64,000 bases of DNA from the human T2T-CHM13v2.0 reference genome, Homo sapiens. The notes under the pieces are model-generated. The model had not been told where the DNA came from and did no database searches. It saw only the letters and a list, made by a program, of their open reading frames with translations. This document shows, one piece after another, positions 1-16,669 of this stretch. The position numbers and the translations under genes are program-made. The first letter of the stretch is position 1. Every line of letters starts with the position of its first letter. The DNA is taken from assembly GCF_009914755.1 (NCBI RefSeq), contig NC_060925.1. The stretch is one strand, 5' to 3'.

Positions 1-1508
1 TTCAACACTTTTCACAGTGGAAATCCTCAGAATACTAGGTACAGAAAAGTACTACTTCAACCTGAAAAAGAAAATTTCTGAAAAACTTATAGCCAATATT
101 ATGATGAAAGACTAAATTCTGCCTGAGCATGATGGCTCATGCCTGGAATCCCAGCATTTTGGGAGGTCAAGGTCACTGGATCACTTGAGCTCAGGAGTGT
201 GAGACCAGCCTGGGCAACATGGCAAAACCCCATCTCTACTAAAAATCAGCCGGGCATAGTGATGTGTGCCTGTGGTGCCAGCTACTTGGGGGGCTGAGGT
301 GGAATGATCACTTGAGCCCTGGAGGTCAAGGCTGCATTGAGCTGTGATTACGCCACTGCACTACAGCCTGGGTGACAAAGTGAGAACCTATCTCAATAAA
401 CAAATAAATAAATATAAATTATTTCTCATGTGAGGCAAGAATATCCTCTTTCCCCACTTGTATTTAATATTGTATTTGTGGTCCTAGCTAATGTATTAAA
501 AAAGTACAAGAAATAAATGGCATTGAGATTGAAAAAGGATAAATAAAAAACTGTCTTAATTTGCAGATGATATCATGGTCTCTGCCAAAAATCGGAAGGC
601 ATTTTCAAAAATGCTACCAGAACTAATAATTATGTTTAGCCCATTTGTAGGATATAAGATCAATATACAAACATCAATTGTATTTTTATATAGTAAAAAG
701 AAACAATTGGAAATTAAAGTAAAAATATTATTTGCTATAGCATTGAACAATATGAAATATTTTGGGGTAAATATGTACTAGACTTCTCCATTGAAAACCA
801 ACTGTGAGAAACTCAAGATGACCTAAATAGAGATATATATCATTTTCATGTATCAGAAAACATAATTTTTTTAAGATGTCAATTTTACCTTAAGTATTCT
901 GTGGATTCAATTCAGTACTAATCAAAATTTCAGTAAGTTTTCTTTGTAAAAATTGACAAGCTTAGTCTAAAATTCATGCAAAGGAATTACAATAGAAAAC
1001 AACAACAACAAAAAGCAAAGTTGGAGGACATTTACTAAGTGAGTGCAAAACTTATTATAAAAGTACAGCAAACAAGGCAGTGTGGTATGGGGAAAGGCAG
1101 GCATGTAGGTCAATGGAACAAACTAGAAAGTCTGAAAATAGACAATGCTTATAAGGTCAATTGATTTTTTACAAAACTTTCAAGGTAATTAATGGACTTG
1201 TTGAGAATACTCAATAAATGATACCAAAACAATTGGATTTTCATGTGCAAACAAATAAAATTTAACCTTTTATTAACACTTTATAAAAATGGACTTGAAA
1301 TAGATTATAGACACAAATTTAAGAGCAAATATTATGACATTTATAGAATAAACTATAGCAGAAAAAAGATTGTATCTTTAGGTTAGGCACAGATTTCTTA
1401 AATAGGATACTAAAAACACAAAGCACAACAGAAAAATAATAATATATTGAACTTCTTTAAAATTAAAACTTTACTCTCCAAAAGATCCCATTAAGAGTAT
1501 GAAAAGGT
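1..1508 (+). mobile_element. Old L1M LINE ORF2 (RT) fragment, left part; interrupted by AluJ and then by L1PB
   Basis: TTTGCAGATGATATCATGGTC at ~560 = FADDIMV, the L1 RT catalytic motif; A-rich L1-like sequence; resumes at 9720. Confidence 0.85.
121..415 (+). mobile_element. AluJ SINE
   Basis: Two Alu arms with J-type features (GATCACTTGAGC, GGTCAAGGCTGCA, GCTGTGATT); AAAT-rich tail. Confidence 0.9.
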
Positions 1509-3238
1509 GGGAGTTTAGGAAAAATGGCAAATAGGAGACAGGACTAACATGTAGCTCCCACTTGGATGGACAGAACAGAGTGAGGAGACTCACATTGTGA
1601 ACTTTTGCTCTAGAACCACCACAAGAACATACTGGAAAAACTGAGTGACCCTTTCACAGACCCTTTGAAAAATGTGGCTTGCCACTGCAAACTCCAGAAG
1701 AGATCCAAAACACTGTGAGTCCCCAAAGTGATGGGGAGAAAAGTCTGCCTCGAAATACACATCTTCACAGGGAAACCTAAAAATCCAGATCATGGGAGAA
1801 GGATTTAACCTTACCTAGAACTGAAATGGACTTAGAGAGCCAAGCGAAATATAAAAGTAGAAGAAGCAGTGGGAAGAGCCCTGGAGTCACTACTGGTCCC
1901 CAGCTCATGCCCAAGGAACCCATTCCTGGCTGTATTTCATGGAGTCCTTGGGGAAGGCAGCCAGCAGAAATGGGGAGGGGTCACAGGGTTAAATAAGCGT
2001 CTAGCTGAACTTTGTAATAATTTCAACTGAGCCTGAATTTTCCTGAGAAGAATTCATGGGTCAGGGGAGATGAAGTGGAGATATGAGCACAGTAGCCAAG
2101 CCAAAGATGAGGGCAGGTGGGGAGGGGCAAGACCTGAGATCCCTGCTTGCTTTCTCAGTGGAGAGGCTTGTAGCCTGGGGCAAGATCTCAGCTCTGCTTG
2201 CTGGCTGCCTAGATATAAACTGGGTGCTGTTGGTGGGGCACGGTGGGAGTGAGACTGGACTTGCTGGCTGCATGATAGCTGGGTGAGGCCTGTCACTGCT
2301 GGCATTCCCCCACTGCCCTGGCAACCTGTATGATGCAGCAGAGGCAGCCATAGTCCACCTAGGAACATAACTCCATTGGTCTGAGAACCACCCTCCCATG
2401 CCCCACAGTGGCTGGCCACAGCAAGCTCTGCCCAAGGAGAGTCTGAGCTCAGACCTGCCTAACACTGCCCCCACCTGATGGTTTTTCTCTACCCACCCTG
2501 GTAGCTGAAGACAAAAGACATAAATTCTTGGGAGCTCTATGGCCCTGCCCATTGCCTGAGAAACCTGAGTACTTATCCTGGCCAATGCAGGGCAAGATTA
2601 TATCCACTTTCTACTACTGCAGCTGGTGCTCTCTTGAAAGAATCACCTCCTGGATGGAGGCCTAACTCAAGCCATTCAAGCAACTCATAACAGAACTCTG
2701 CTCCAAAGAAGGAGAAAACAACAGCTAATTCCATCACTTGCAACACCCTGGCTAACCAGAGGTCCTAAGTCTGTCCATGTGACAACTTCACTTGATTTTT
2801 TACAAAACTGCCAAGGTAATTAATGGACTTGTTGAAAAGACCCAATAAATGATACCAGAACAATTGATTTTCACACACAAACCAGCATTTGAGAAAACCG
2901 GTACACAAAACAAAACTACAACCAAGGATTCCCACAGAGTCCACTCCACTGCCCCTTCCACCAGAGCAGGTGCTGGTATCCATGGCTGAGAGACCTGAAG
3001 ATAGATCACATCACAGAACTCTTTGCAGACATTCCTCAACACCAGCATGGAGCCCAGTAGCCCTGCTTTGTGGCTAGACTCAGAAGAACAATAACAATCA
3101 CTGCAGTCTGACTCTCAAGAAGCCCCACCCCTAGAGTAAGGGGGGAAAGCACCACATCAAGGGATCACCCTGTGGCACAAAAGAATCTGAACAGCAGCTC
3201 TTATGTTCCAAATTTTTCCACTGAAACAGTCTACCCAA

Positions 3239-4560
<1,322 letters not shown>

Positions 4561-4647
4561 AGAATCTTTGTAAAGCATAAATGTCATAGAGCCTATAAAA
4601 CAATAACACAATGAAAAAAAACCCACAGTATTCAGGCAACAACTAGC

Positions 4648-8304
<3,657 letters not shown>

Positions 8305-8347
<43 letters not shown>

Positions 8348-8355
8348 CCCACATC

Positions 8356-8387
<32 letters not shown>

Positions 8388-8616
8388 ATATTTATATATA
8401 TATATTTATATATATATTTATATATATATATTTATATATATATATATTTATATATATATATTTATATATATATATTTATATATATATATTTATATATATA
8501 TTTATATATATATTTATATATATATTTATATATATATTTATATATATATATTTATATATATATTTATATATATATATTTATATATATATATTTATATATA
8601 TATATTTATATATATA

Positions 8617-8655
<39 letters not shown>
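8305..8655. repeat. Long interrupted (TA)n / (TTTATATATATA)n microsatellite with short (CA)n
   Basis: Directly visible, ~350 bp almost purely A/T. Confidence 0.98.
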
Positions 8656-8660
<5 letters not shown>

Positions 8661-8889
8661 AATACTACACAAGCCATAAAAAGAAATTAATTAACAGCAT
8701 TTGCAGTGACCTGGATGAGATTCGAGACTATTATTCTAAGTGATGTAACTCAGGAATGGAAAACCAAACATTGTATGTTCTCACTGATATGTGGGAGCTA
8801 AGCTATGAGGATGCAAAGGCATAAGAATGATACAATGGACTATTACTACATTATATATATTATATATATTTATTATGTTATATATAATG

Positions 8890-9262
8890 TGGTATATATT
8901 ATATATATTACATTTCTTTACTCACTCACTGGTTGATAGGCATTGAGGCTGGTTCCATATTTCTGCAATTGTAAGTTGTGTTGCTGTAAACATGCTTGTG
9001 CAAGTGTCTTTTTCATATAACGACTTATTTTCCTTTGGGTAGATTCCCAGTAGTGGGATTTCTGGATCAAATGGTAGTTCTACTTTTAGTTCTTTAAGGA
9101 ATCTCCACACTTTTTTCCATAGTGGTTGGACTAGTTTACATTCTCGCCAGTAGTGTAAAAGTGTTCCTTTTCACCACATGCTTGGCAACATTTTTTGATT
9201 TTTGAATTTTGGCCATTCTTGCAGGAGTAAGGTGGTATTACATTGTGGTTTTGATTTGCATT
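8890..9262 (-). mobile_element. Inverted copy of the L1PB ORF2 C-terminal segment (matches ~7941-8305)
   Basis: ORF 8922..9110(-) [25 protein letters not shown] parallels 8093..8275(+). Confidence 0.9.
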
Positions 9263-9719
9263 GCAAAACATTCTGGTTTTGATTTGCATTTGATTATATA
9301 TATAATCAAATAACAATGGAATACTACTCAGCCATAAAGAAGAATGAAATAATGGCATTTGCAGCAACCTGGATGGAGTTGGAGAGCATTATTCCACGTG
9401 AAGTAACTCAAGAATGGAAAACCAAACACTGTATGTTCTCACTTACAAGTAGGAGCTAAGCTCTGAGGACACAAAGGAATAAGAATGATATAATGGACTC
9501 TGGGGACCTGGGGGGAAGGGTGGGAGCGGGGATGAGGGATAAAAGACTACACATTGGTTGTAGTTTACACTGCTTGGGTGGGTATACCAAAATCTCAGAA
9601 ATCACCACTAAAGAACTTATCCTTGTAACCAAACATCATCTGTTCCCCCAAAACTATTGAAATTAAATGAATAAATAAATAAATAAATATTGATAGTGAA
9701 AAAAAGAATATGAAAAGGT

Positions 9720-10290
9720 AAATGTATACCAAGAGAAAATATTTGCAAAACATATATTTGACAAAGAATTTGCAATCAGGCTATATAAACAACATGTATG
9801 TTTCTAAAAAGAATAGAACCTGAATATTTAGAGGGCTATAGGAAGGGCAAATAAGCCCAAGAAAAATGCTCAGCATCATTAGTAATTAGGGAAAGATTAA
9901 TTAAAGCCATAATGAGTGGAATCACCATCATACCACAGAATGGCTAAAGTTAAAAAGACTGACAGTATTAAGTATTGGCAAGGAAATGGAGAAACTGGAA
10001 CTCTCATACACTGCTGTTGGAATGCAAAATGGTACAACCACTTTGGAAAACAGTTTGGTAGTTTCTTATACAGTTGAACATACACTTACCATAAGACCCA
10101 TTGATTCTACCACAAAGTTATTTACCTGACAGAAATCAAGACATAGGCCTACACACAGACTAGCTCATAGTGGCTTTTTTTCATAATAGCCATAAACTGG
10201 AAATCACCCAAACATACATCAAATGGTGAATGGACAACAAACAAATTGTGGTTATATTCATAAGGAATGGCTATATCCATTATTTACAAG
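9720..10290 (+). mobile_element. Old L1M LINE, right part (continuation of 1-1508)
   Basis: GAGAAAATATTTGCAAAACATATATTTGACAAAG and GGAACTCTCATACACTGCTG...GGTACAACCACTTTGGAAAACAG are L1 ORF2 3' sequence. Confidence 0.85.
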
Positions 10291-10630
10291 GAATTTGGTG
10301 ATGAGAAGTCCCAGGATTGTTCCAGCAACCCAATTATATCAGGGTGATCAGTTGGCTTGTGCGTTAGTCTCATCATTTTTTTATGGTTTTAAGATAGTTT
10401 ACATAGCTCAAAGCATCACACAACAAGGTCTGAAAGAAAAGAGAGGGTGATGTTGGAGTAGACGGTATGAAAAGCCTTTTCTTTATATAGTTCTTTATTT
10501 TATCCTGAAGGAATATTATCTCCAGAAGCTGTCAGCAGACTTTCTCTAGAGCAAACCACTGGCAAAGAAAAATAATATTTCTCTGAATGGCTTGTATCAA
10601 TCATGATTCATCTCTTAGATCTGGGCCAAG
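10290..10630 (-). mobile_element. Old MaLR LTR fragment (MLT1J/K-like)
   Basis: CCAGAAGCTGTCAGCAGACTTTC and TGGCTTGTATCAATCATGATTCATC resemble MLT1J/K. Confidence 0.5.
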
Positions 10631-10649
10631 GGCCCACCATTCCTAAGCA

Positions 10650-10890
10650 CATGGGTGGATCCAGTCTTTGTAAAACCTGAAGGTTGTTTAAGCAAAAGAA
10701 TACAAAATTCCAAACACCAGCTTGTTAGGGGCCCCCCATATGCTCTAGCAAGCAGCCATGCTAGGGAGGGGCTCTGACTAGCTTCACTGGAGTCATGGCT
10801 AGTAGCTTCATTGTAGTCATGCAAGGGAGGGGACCTGACTAGCTTCAATGTAACCTTTACCAGCTTCACTGTAAACTCACTTACCCCTGG
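10650..10890. mobile_element. MER91-like hAT MITE with internal short duplications
   Basis: GGGTGGATCCAG...AAAAGAATACAAAATT...GGGCCC...AGCTTCA...GTAAA pattern. Confidence 0.45.
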
Positions 10891-11954
10891 GTACTTGCAA
10901 CTCATCCTCTGAAGAAATTCAAGGCTTTGTTGGTAGGATCAGGTGGCTATTACTAATACACAGTCGAGCAATACTTTCTGCCACAATTCCCTTTTTCAAG
11001 GAGATCAGAATCTTAGAAAATTCTCTAAGAGTATTGATATAATTTATGGGAACTATGAACTGATAGGTAACATTATTGCTGTTTAAATTTCCTTCTCCAG
11101 CTAGAATGGAAATGATGCTAAATGCCAGCTCCTGTGTAGGACTAGTAAAAGCAGCAGCATACCAAAAAAAAAAAAATCATAGTTGAGGCTTTCTTCAGGG
11201 TTTCCTCTTCACCATTTTTAGTTGCATAGCCTTAAGCAAGTTATTTAATATTTCTGGGACTTAATTACCTTTTGTGTAGCGGGGGTAATGGTAGATAAAA
11301 GTCTATGATATTTGCTAAATTTGAAATAAATCTGCTCATAGTTCCCCTGACAGTATTTTTTTCCTAAGAATGTTACAGACATCTAGGAAGGGGAATCCAC
11401 TCTATATTTTGGTCCCTACTTTCAGTTCATTACTTGAGGCTCTTTCCTTTTTCTTTTCCATATTTCCTGGGCTTTTGCTACAAGGTGTTTTTTTTTTTTC
11501 CTAAATGATCACTTAATTCCTAAAAGCCAAGCTACAGATTGTTGGGTGGGTAGTGAGAAGCAGTATATTTTTCTTTCAAGAGCTTATTTAGAGTGATTGT
11601 TAACATGTATCTTTAGAGATTAAATCATTAAGTGAGAATGCAGTTTGTGAAATAATGTTTTCTCAAGCTACTCAATTTTTTTAAGTACAATGCAGCAAAC
11701 ATCAACTCACAGCTTTTATTCGGACTGATCTGAATTCCTGTTGTCAAATACTTCATAAATAATTCAAAAGGAAAACAATGGATAACTCATGTTATATTTG
11801 TCTTTCATAAATAATACTTTCAAATCATTAAGTTGTGTCTGTCTTCACAGCAGCAGCTTGTGGAATGGAGATTTGCCCACTCTTTGATTAAATATGAACA
11901 CTGTAGTCAGAGAAAATACGTAATTAATATGTAATAATTAAAGCAGGATGTGTC

Positions 11955-12190
11955 CACTTATTGGGTACCTTCCGGGTGTCAGGCACTATTCTAGGCACTT
12001 CATATCTCCTATTTTGTTTAGTTTTTATAACAGTCATGCAAAGGAAGTATTAATTCTTCCAATTTAAAATGAAGAAACTGAAAATTAATTTTAAAAAGTT
12101 AAATAACTGGCTCCAGATGATGCAGTTAAAAAAAAAAAAGGAAAACTCAAATCCTGTCTGACTCCAGGCCAGTGCCTTTAACCACAATGC
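11955..12190 (-). mobile_element. MIR
   Basis: TGTCAGGCACTATTCTAGGCACTT...ATGAAGAAACTGA...GTCTGACTCCAGG. Confidence 0.75.
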
Positions 12191-12934
12191 CCAACGCTCC
12201 TGTCACTGTGCCGCAATGTCACTTGACAAGTGAGCACCATCGGAAAGACAGAAGTTTGGAGTTCTTGGTTCATCTTCCCGGCACTAATTTTTGTGGATTC
12301 AGAGTGGGATATTCATAACACCTTAATCCTGCCACTCACTCTGTTCCTCTCTGAAGGTTCCTAATGAGAAGTCTTCATAGAAATGATTCTGAAATGATGA
12401 GCAAATAGGTATTTTTAATAGCTCAGGAACCTAAAATTTCAGGGTACACAGTTATAAGGCTCAGTAACCGGGGCCCCAGAAGAATTTCTTTCCTGACTCT
12501 CCCCAAACATGGACAGACATTCTCATTTGTGCCTGAATATCAAGTTCCAACAGAAGACATGAGAAGTGGGTGGAGGGTAGTAAGACTTTTATTCACCCAA
12601 ATTACATTCACCCAAAACACAACATGGTCCAAGGTGCTAGATTTGTGCTGTGCACTTGCTGCATGAAAGAGGAAAAATGCAAAAGGCGGTAGAAATACAG
12701 ACACTGAACATCTGGTCAGGAGGTAAACAGGTCAGGATAAGGTATGAACCAACTTTTATGGTAAAGAATCTTTGCCTTTTTACTTGTCCATACAGTAGCA
12801 AGTAAAAGAATAAAAGATAGCATTACCTTTAGCCCTCATGGCACAGTGTTCCTGTCTTCTAATTAAACTATGGCCTCAAAAATGTCTTTGGCTCAGGTAA
12901 TTGGAGGAATATGTCATTTATCTAAGCCAAGAAA

Positions 12935-13160
12935 CAGCATGGTAGAATGGAACAAGTACTTTCATTTCAGGCTTCACTAAATACTGACTCTGTTGCCTGT
13001 GGGCCAAATTATTTAGAGTCTCTGTACCTCATTTTCCTCATTTATAAAATAGGAATTACAATATCTGTCCCTTAAAGACATTATAAAAATTAAAATATTA
13101 ATAATGTAAATGTTACCTGGCATATGGTAGGCCCCCAATAAACATAACTATTATTATTGT
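12935..13160 (+). mobile_element. MIR
   Basis: CTCTGTACCTCATTTTCCTCATTTATAAAATAGG core; CCTGGCATATGGTAGG...CAATAAAC. Confidence 0.75.
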
Positions 13161-13239
13161 TGGTGTTACTGTTATTAATAATAATACAAAGCAGGTGCCC
13201 ATGAATCATAATAATAGCTTTAGATTTAGAAAACCACCA

Positions 13240-13390
13240 CAACTAATATTTATAGAAATCATACTCAATTCTAGGTGTACATAAAATGTGAACTATTGTT
13301 ATACCCATTTTATGCTTAAGAAGCTTACAGAGAGGCTAAGTTAATTACTCAAGGTCACATTGCTAATAAGTGATAGAGCAGTCAAGTTCT
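13240..13390 (-). mobile_element. MIR fragment
   Basis: CCCATTTTA...GAGAGGCTAAGTTAATTACTCAAGGTCACA. Confidence 0.6.
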
Positions 13391-13543
13391 TTTGTTATTC
13401 TATGCCAGTTTGATGAGTTATTGATTACATTCAGATTGATTCAAACATATGGGAATCTCATTGTCAAAGTTAATGTAATCTTAGTATGTCATTTCTGCCA
13501 TAAAAATCTCCAATACTTCTCCACTGCTTTCAGGATAGGACAT

Positions 13544-13918
13544 TATACTAATCCATTTTCATGCTGCTGAAAAAGTCATACCCAAGACTGGGCAATTTAC
13601 AAAAGAAAGAGGTTCAATTGGACTTAACAGTTCCCTGTGGCTGGGGAAACATCACAATCATGGTGGAAGGCAAGGAAGAGCAAGTCACGTCTTAAATGGA
13701 TGGTGGCAGGCAAAGAGAGAATGAGAGAAGACACAAAAGCAGAAACCACTGATGAAACCAGATCTCATGAGACTTTTTCACTACCAGGAGAACAGTATGG
13801 GGGAAACTGACCCCATGATTCAATTATCTCCCACCAGGTCCCTCCTAAAACATGTGGGAATTATGGGAGTGCAATACAAGATGAGATCTGGGTGGGGACA
13901 CAGAGCCAAACCATATCA
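13544..13918 (-). mobile_element. THE1 (THE1B-like) solo LTR
   Basis: Ends CAGAGCCAAACCATATCA; GGGCAATTTACAAAAGAAAGAGG; 5-bp TSD GACAT/GATAT. Confidence 0.9.
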
Positions 13919-13939
13919 GATATGAACATTTGAGCATAA

Positions 13940-14398
13940 TATTTGACTATATCAGCACAGCCTTCCCTTCCAACTATATCTCTGAACAGTTACCCCAACC
14001 CCAACCCATTCCAGCCACGCCAGTCTTCTCACTATTTCTTGAACATGGCAAAGGCCTATCAGGCTTTCACACCTCTGCTCATTGTATACTCTGCCTGGAA
14101 TGTTCTTATAGCCCTCTATACACCCTCCATCCACTTTCAGACTCACACTCTTTAAGACGTGGTAAATGTTATCCCCTATGTGAAAGCTTTTCTGATTCCT
14201 TTATGCAGGATCAATGATGTTCTTCCTCCATAAATTTAGCTTTTCACAGACAATTCTCCGCTTCACGTCTGCCCTTCTTGCTAGAATATATGAGTCCCTC
14301 AAGAGAAAGGACCTTGACTTATTCTGCTCTGTATCCTCAATAACTGTCAATGGCTGACTGTATGTTCCCAGTAAATGTTGGCTGATTGAATGAATAAA
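13940..14398 (+). mobile_element. L2 3' fragment
   Basis: CTCTGCCTGGAATGTTCT and terminal GTAAATGTTGGCTGATTGAATGAAT. Confidence 0.7.
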
Positions 14399-14719
14399 AT
14401 TCACTGATTGATTTCCTCACCCGTTTCTGTGTTGTTGAGAAGAATGAGTCCAATAAATGATTGAGCTAGCAGTGACAGAGCTCATATGGGAATTCACGGT
14501 GCCACTGTATCCAGCCCTATGTGTCTTTTTGCTAGACCACACTTGGTTAGTTGTGACAAGGCAATATTTTAACAACACTTTTGACAAACAGTCAGGCTTA
14601 GAGGAACACATCTTTGTTTGCTCAGTTGCTTAACCTTAATGGTTGACTTTTCTTGTTCTCCATGGGGTTCCCATAGCACTGGAGGAATAGTGAAGCACGT
14701 TCACATAAAGGAAGATGTA

Positions 14720-14860
14720 AAATATATCCTGACATTTATCTGCATTTCAGCAAGGCATTTGACAGACTCTTATGATGGGCTGATGGACCAGATGGAGAAA
14801 CACTGGCTGGATAAAAGTAGCATTCATTGGATTAGTAGCTGGTTGGATAGTTGTACCTAA
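14720..14860 (+). mobile_element. CR1/L3 LINE RT fragment
   Basis: Frameshifted DIYLHFSKAFD...DGLMDQMEKHWLD...WISSWL matches the CR1 RT motif D..YLDFSKAFD. Confidence 0.7.
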
Positions 14861-15109
14861 ACATCTACACTACAGAATTCCTGCTCCCAGAATAAACGCA
14901 TTCATTCTTCTTTTCACTCTTTCTGGGTCTACTGAGGCATGTCTCATGTTCTGGGCCAGCATTGATTATTTCAGTCTGTATCACAAAAGAACTGAAAAAT
15001 AATATTAGAACTATTTTTGTTTGTTTCATGTCTGTTAGTTTTATGATCCCTAAAGTTCTTTAAAATAGGGCATGTGTCTCATTATTTTGTCTTTTATGGC
15101 ACCTTTACA

Positions 15110-15240
15110 TGCTTGGGATAATGGAAAGATCAGAGAACCTAGACTCAGACAGGCTCAGATCAACTATCTGCTCTGCCATGAACTATTCATGTACTAAGCA
15201 TTTGTTTTGTCCCTCAGGTGTAAAATGGGGACAAGAACAA
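15110..15240 (+). mobile_element. MIR fragment
   Basis: AGACTCAGACAGGCTCAGATC...CTCTGCCATG...GTAAAATGGGGA. Confidence 0.5.
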
Positions 15241-15372
15241 CTTTTCCCTTATAAACATAATCACTCTTCATGTCTAGTTTCTGATCAGCTTCTCAGAGAA
15301 GCTGTTCTTGAAGCTTCAGACTATGTTAGCTCCCTCATTAAAATGCTCTCAAGCCACCAGTTCCTTATCATA

Positions 15373-16630
15373 TTAGGTTGGTGCAAACGTAATTGCAGTT
15401 TTGGACTGTGAATTTTAAATCATTATAACTAAACACATCTTTATTTATCAAAATAGGAACCATTACAATCAACACATTTTTTATCAATGAGAAATGTTTG
15501 TTTATTCCTGTGCTTCAGGATTTGACAAACTCTTGGATAGCATTTTCTGCATCCTGCTGTTTGTGGAAGCATTTTCCCTGCAATAAGTTGTTGAGATGCT
15601 TGAAGAAGCAGTAGTCAGTTGGCAAGAGGCCAGGTGAATATGGCAGATGAAGCAAAACTTTGTAGCCCAATTTGTTCAACTATTGAAGTGGTGGTTGTGT
15701 GATGTGCAGTTAGGCGTTGTCGTGAAGAATTGGACCCTTTCTGTTGACCAATGCTGGCTGCAGGTGTTGCAGTTTTTGGTGCATCTCATTGATTTGCTGA
15801 GCATACTTCTCAGATGTAACGGTTTCGCTGGGATTCAGAAACCTGTAGTGGATCAGAGCGACAGCAGACCACCAAACAGTGACCATGACCTTTTTTGGTG
15901 CAAGTTTGGCTTCGGGAAATGCTTTGGAGCTTCTTCTCAGTCCAATAACTGAGCTATTCATTGTCGGTTGTTGTAGAAAATCCACTTTTCATTGCATGTC
16001 ACATCCAATCGAGAAATGGGTCCTTGTTGTTGTGTAGAATAAGAGAAGACAACACTTTAAAACAACAATTTTTTTTTTTTTTTTACTCAACTCATGAGGC
16101 ACCCATTTACTGAGATTTCTCACCTTTCCAATTTGCTTCAAATGCTGAATGACCACAGAATGGTCGACGTTGAGTTCTTCACCAACTTCTCGTGTAGTTG
16201 TAAGAGGAGCAGCTTTGATAATTGTTCTCAATTGGCTATTGTCAACTTCCGATGGCCAGCCGCTATGCTCCTCATCTTCAAGGCTCTCATCTCCTTTGCA
16301 AAACTTCTTGAACACCACTGCACTGTACGTTCATTAGCAGTTCCTGGGCCAAATGCGCTGTTGATGTTGTGAGTTGTCTCCGCTGCTTCAGGACCCATTT
16401 TGAATTCGAATAAGAAATTCGTTTGAATTTGCTTTTGTCTAACATTATTTTCATAGTCTCAAATAAATATAAAATAAACAGCCAGTAATGTCATTAGCAA
16501 AAAAATATAAAGGGAGAAGTGTGCGTTAAAATTATGTATAACATAACCACATTTATTTAAGAATGTATTCCAATATCAAACAGCAAATTTCAACAACGCA
16601 AAAACCACAATTACGCTTGCACCAACCTAA
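15373..16630 (-). mobile_element. Hsmar1 mariner DNA transposon, near full length
   Basis: TIRs TTAGGTTGGTGCAAACGTAATTGC / CACAATTACGCTTGCACCAACCTAA flanked by TA; 1258 bp; transposase motifs WVPHEL and LHDNA. Confidence 0.95.
15445..16454 (-). pseudogene. Hsmar1 transposase pseudogene (frameshifts, including an expanded A-run after WVPHEL)
   Basis: ORFs 15989..16318 (KFCKGDESLEDEEHSG...KWVPHEL) and 15710..15985 (KKVMVTVWWSA...KGPILHDNA); ATG at 16454. Confidence 0.9.
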
Positions 16631-16669
16631 TATATGGTCGTTAAAATAAATTACGCTATTTCATTTTAT

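Noticed and set aside
12219-12233. Short inverted repeat TCACTTG-A-CAAGTGA
   Set aside because: 7-bp arms are expected by chance in 64 kb
15445-16454. SETMAR gene or an active transposase
   Set aside because: No SET-domain exons; both TIRs present; ORF fragmented
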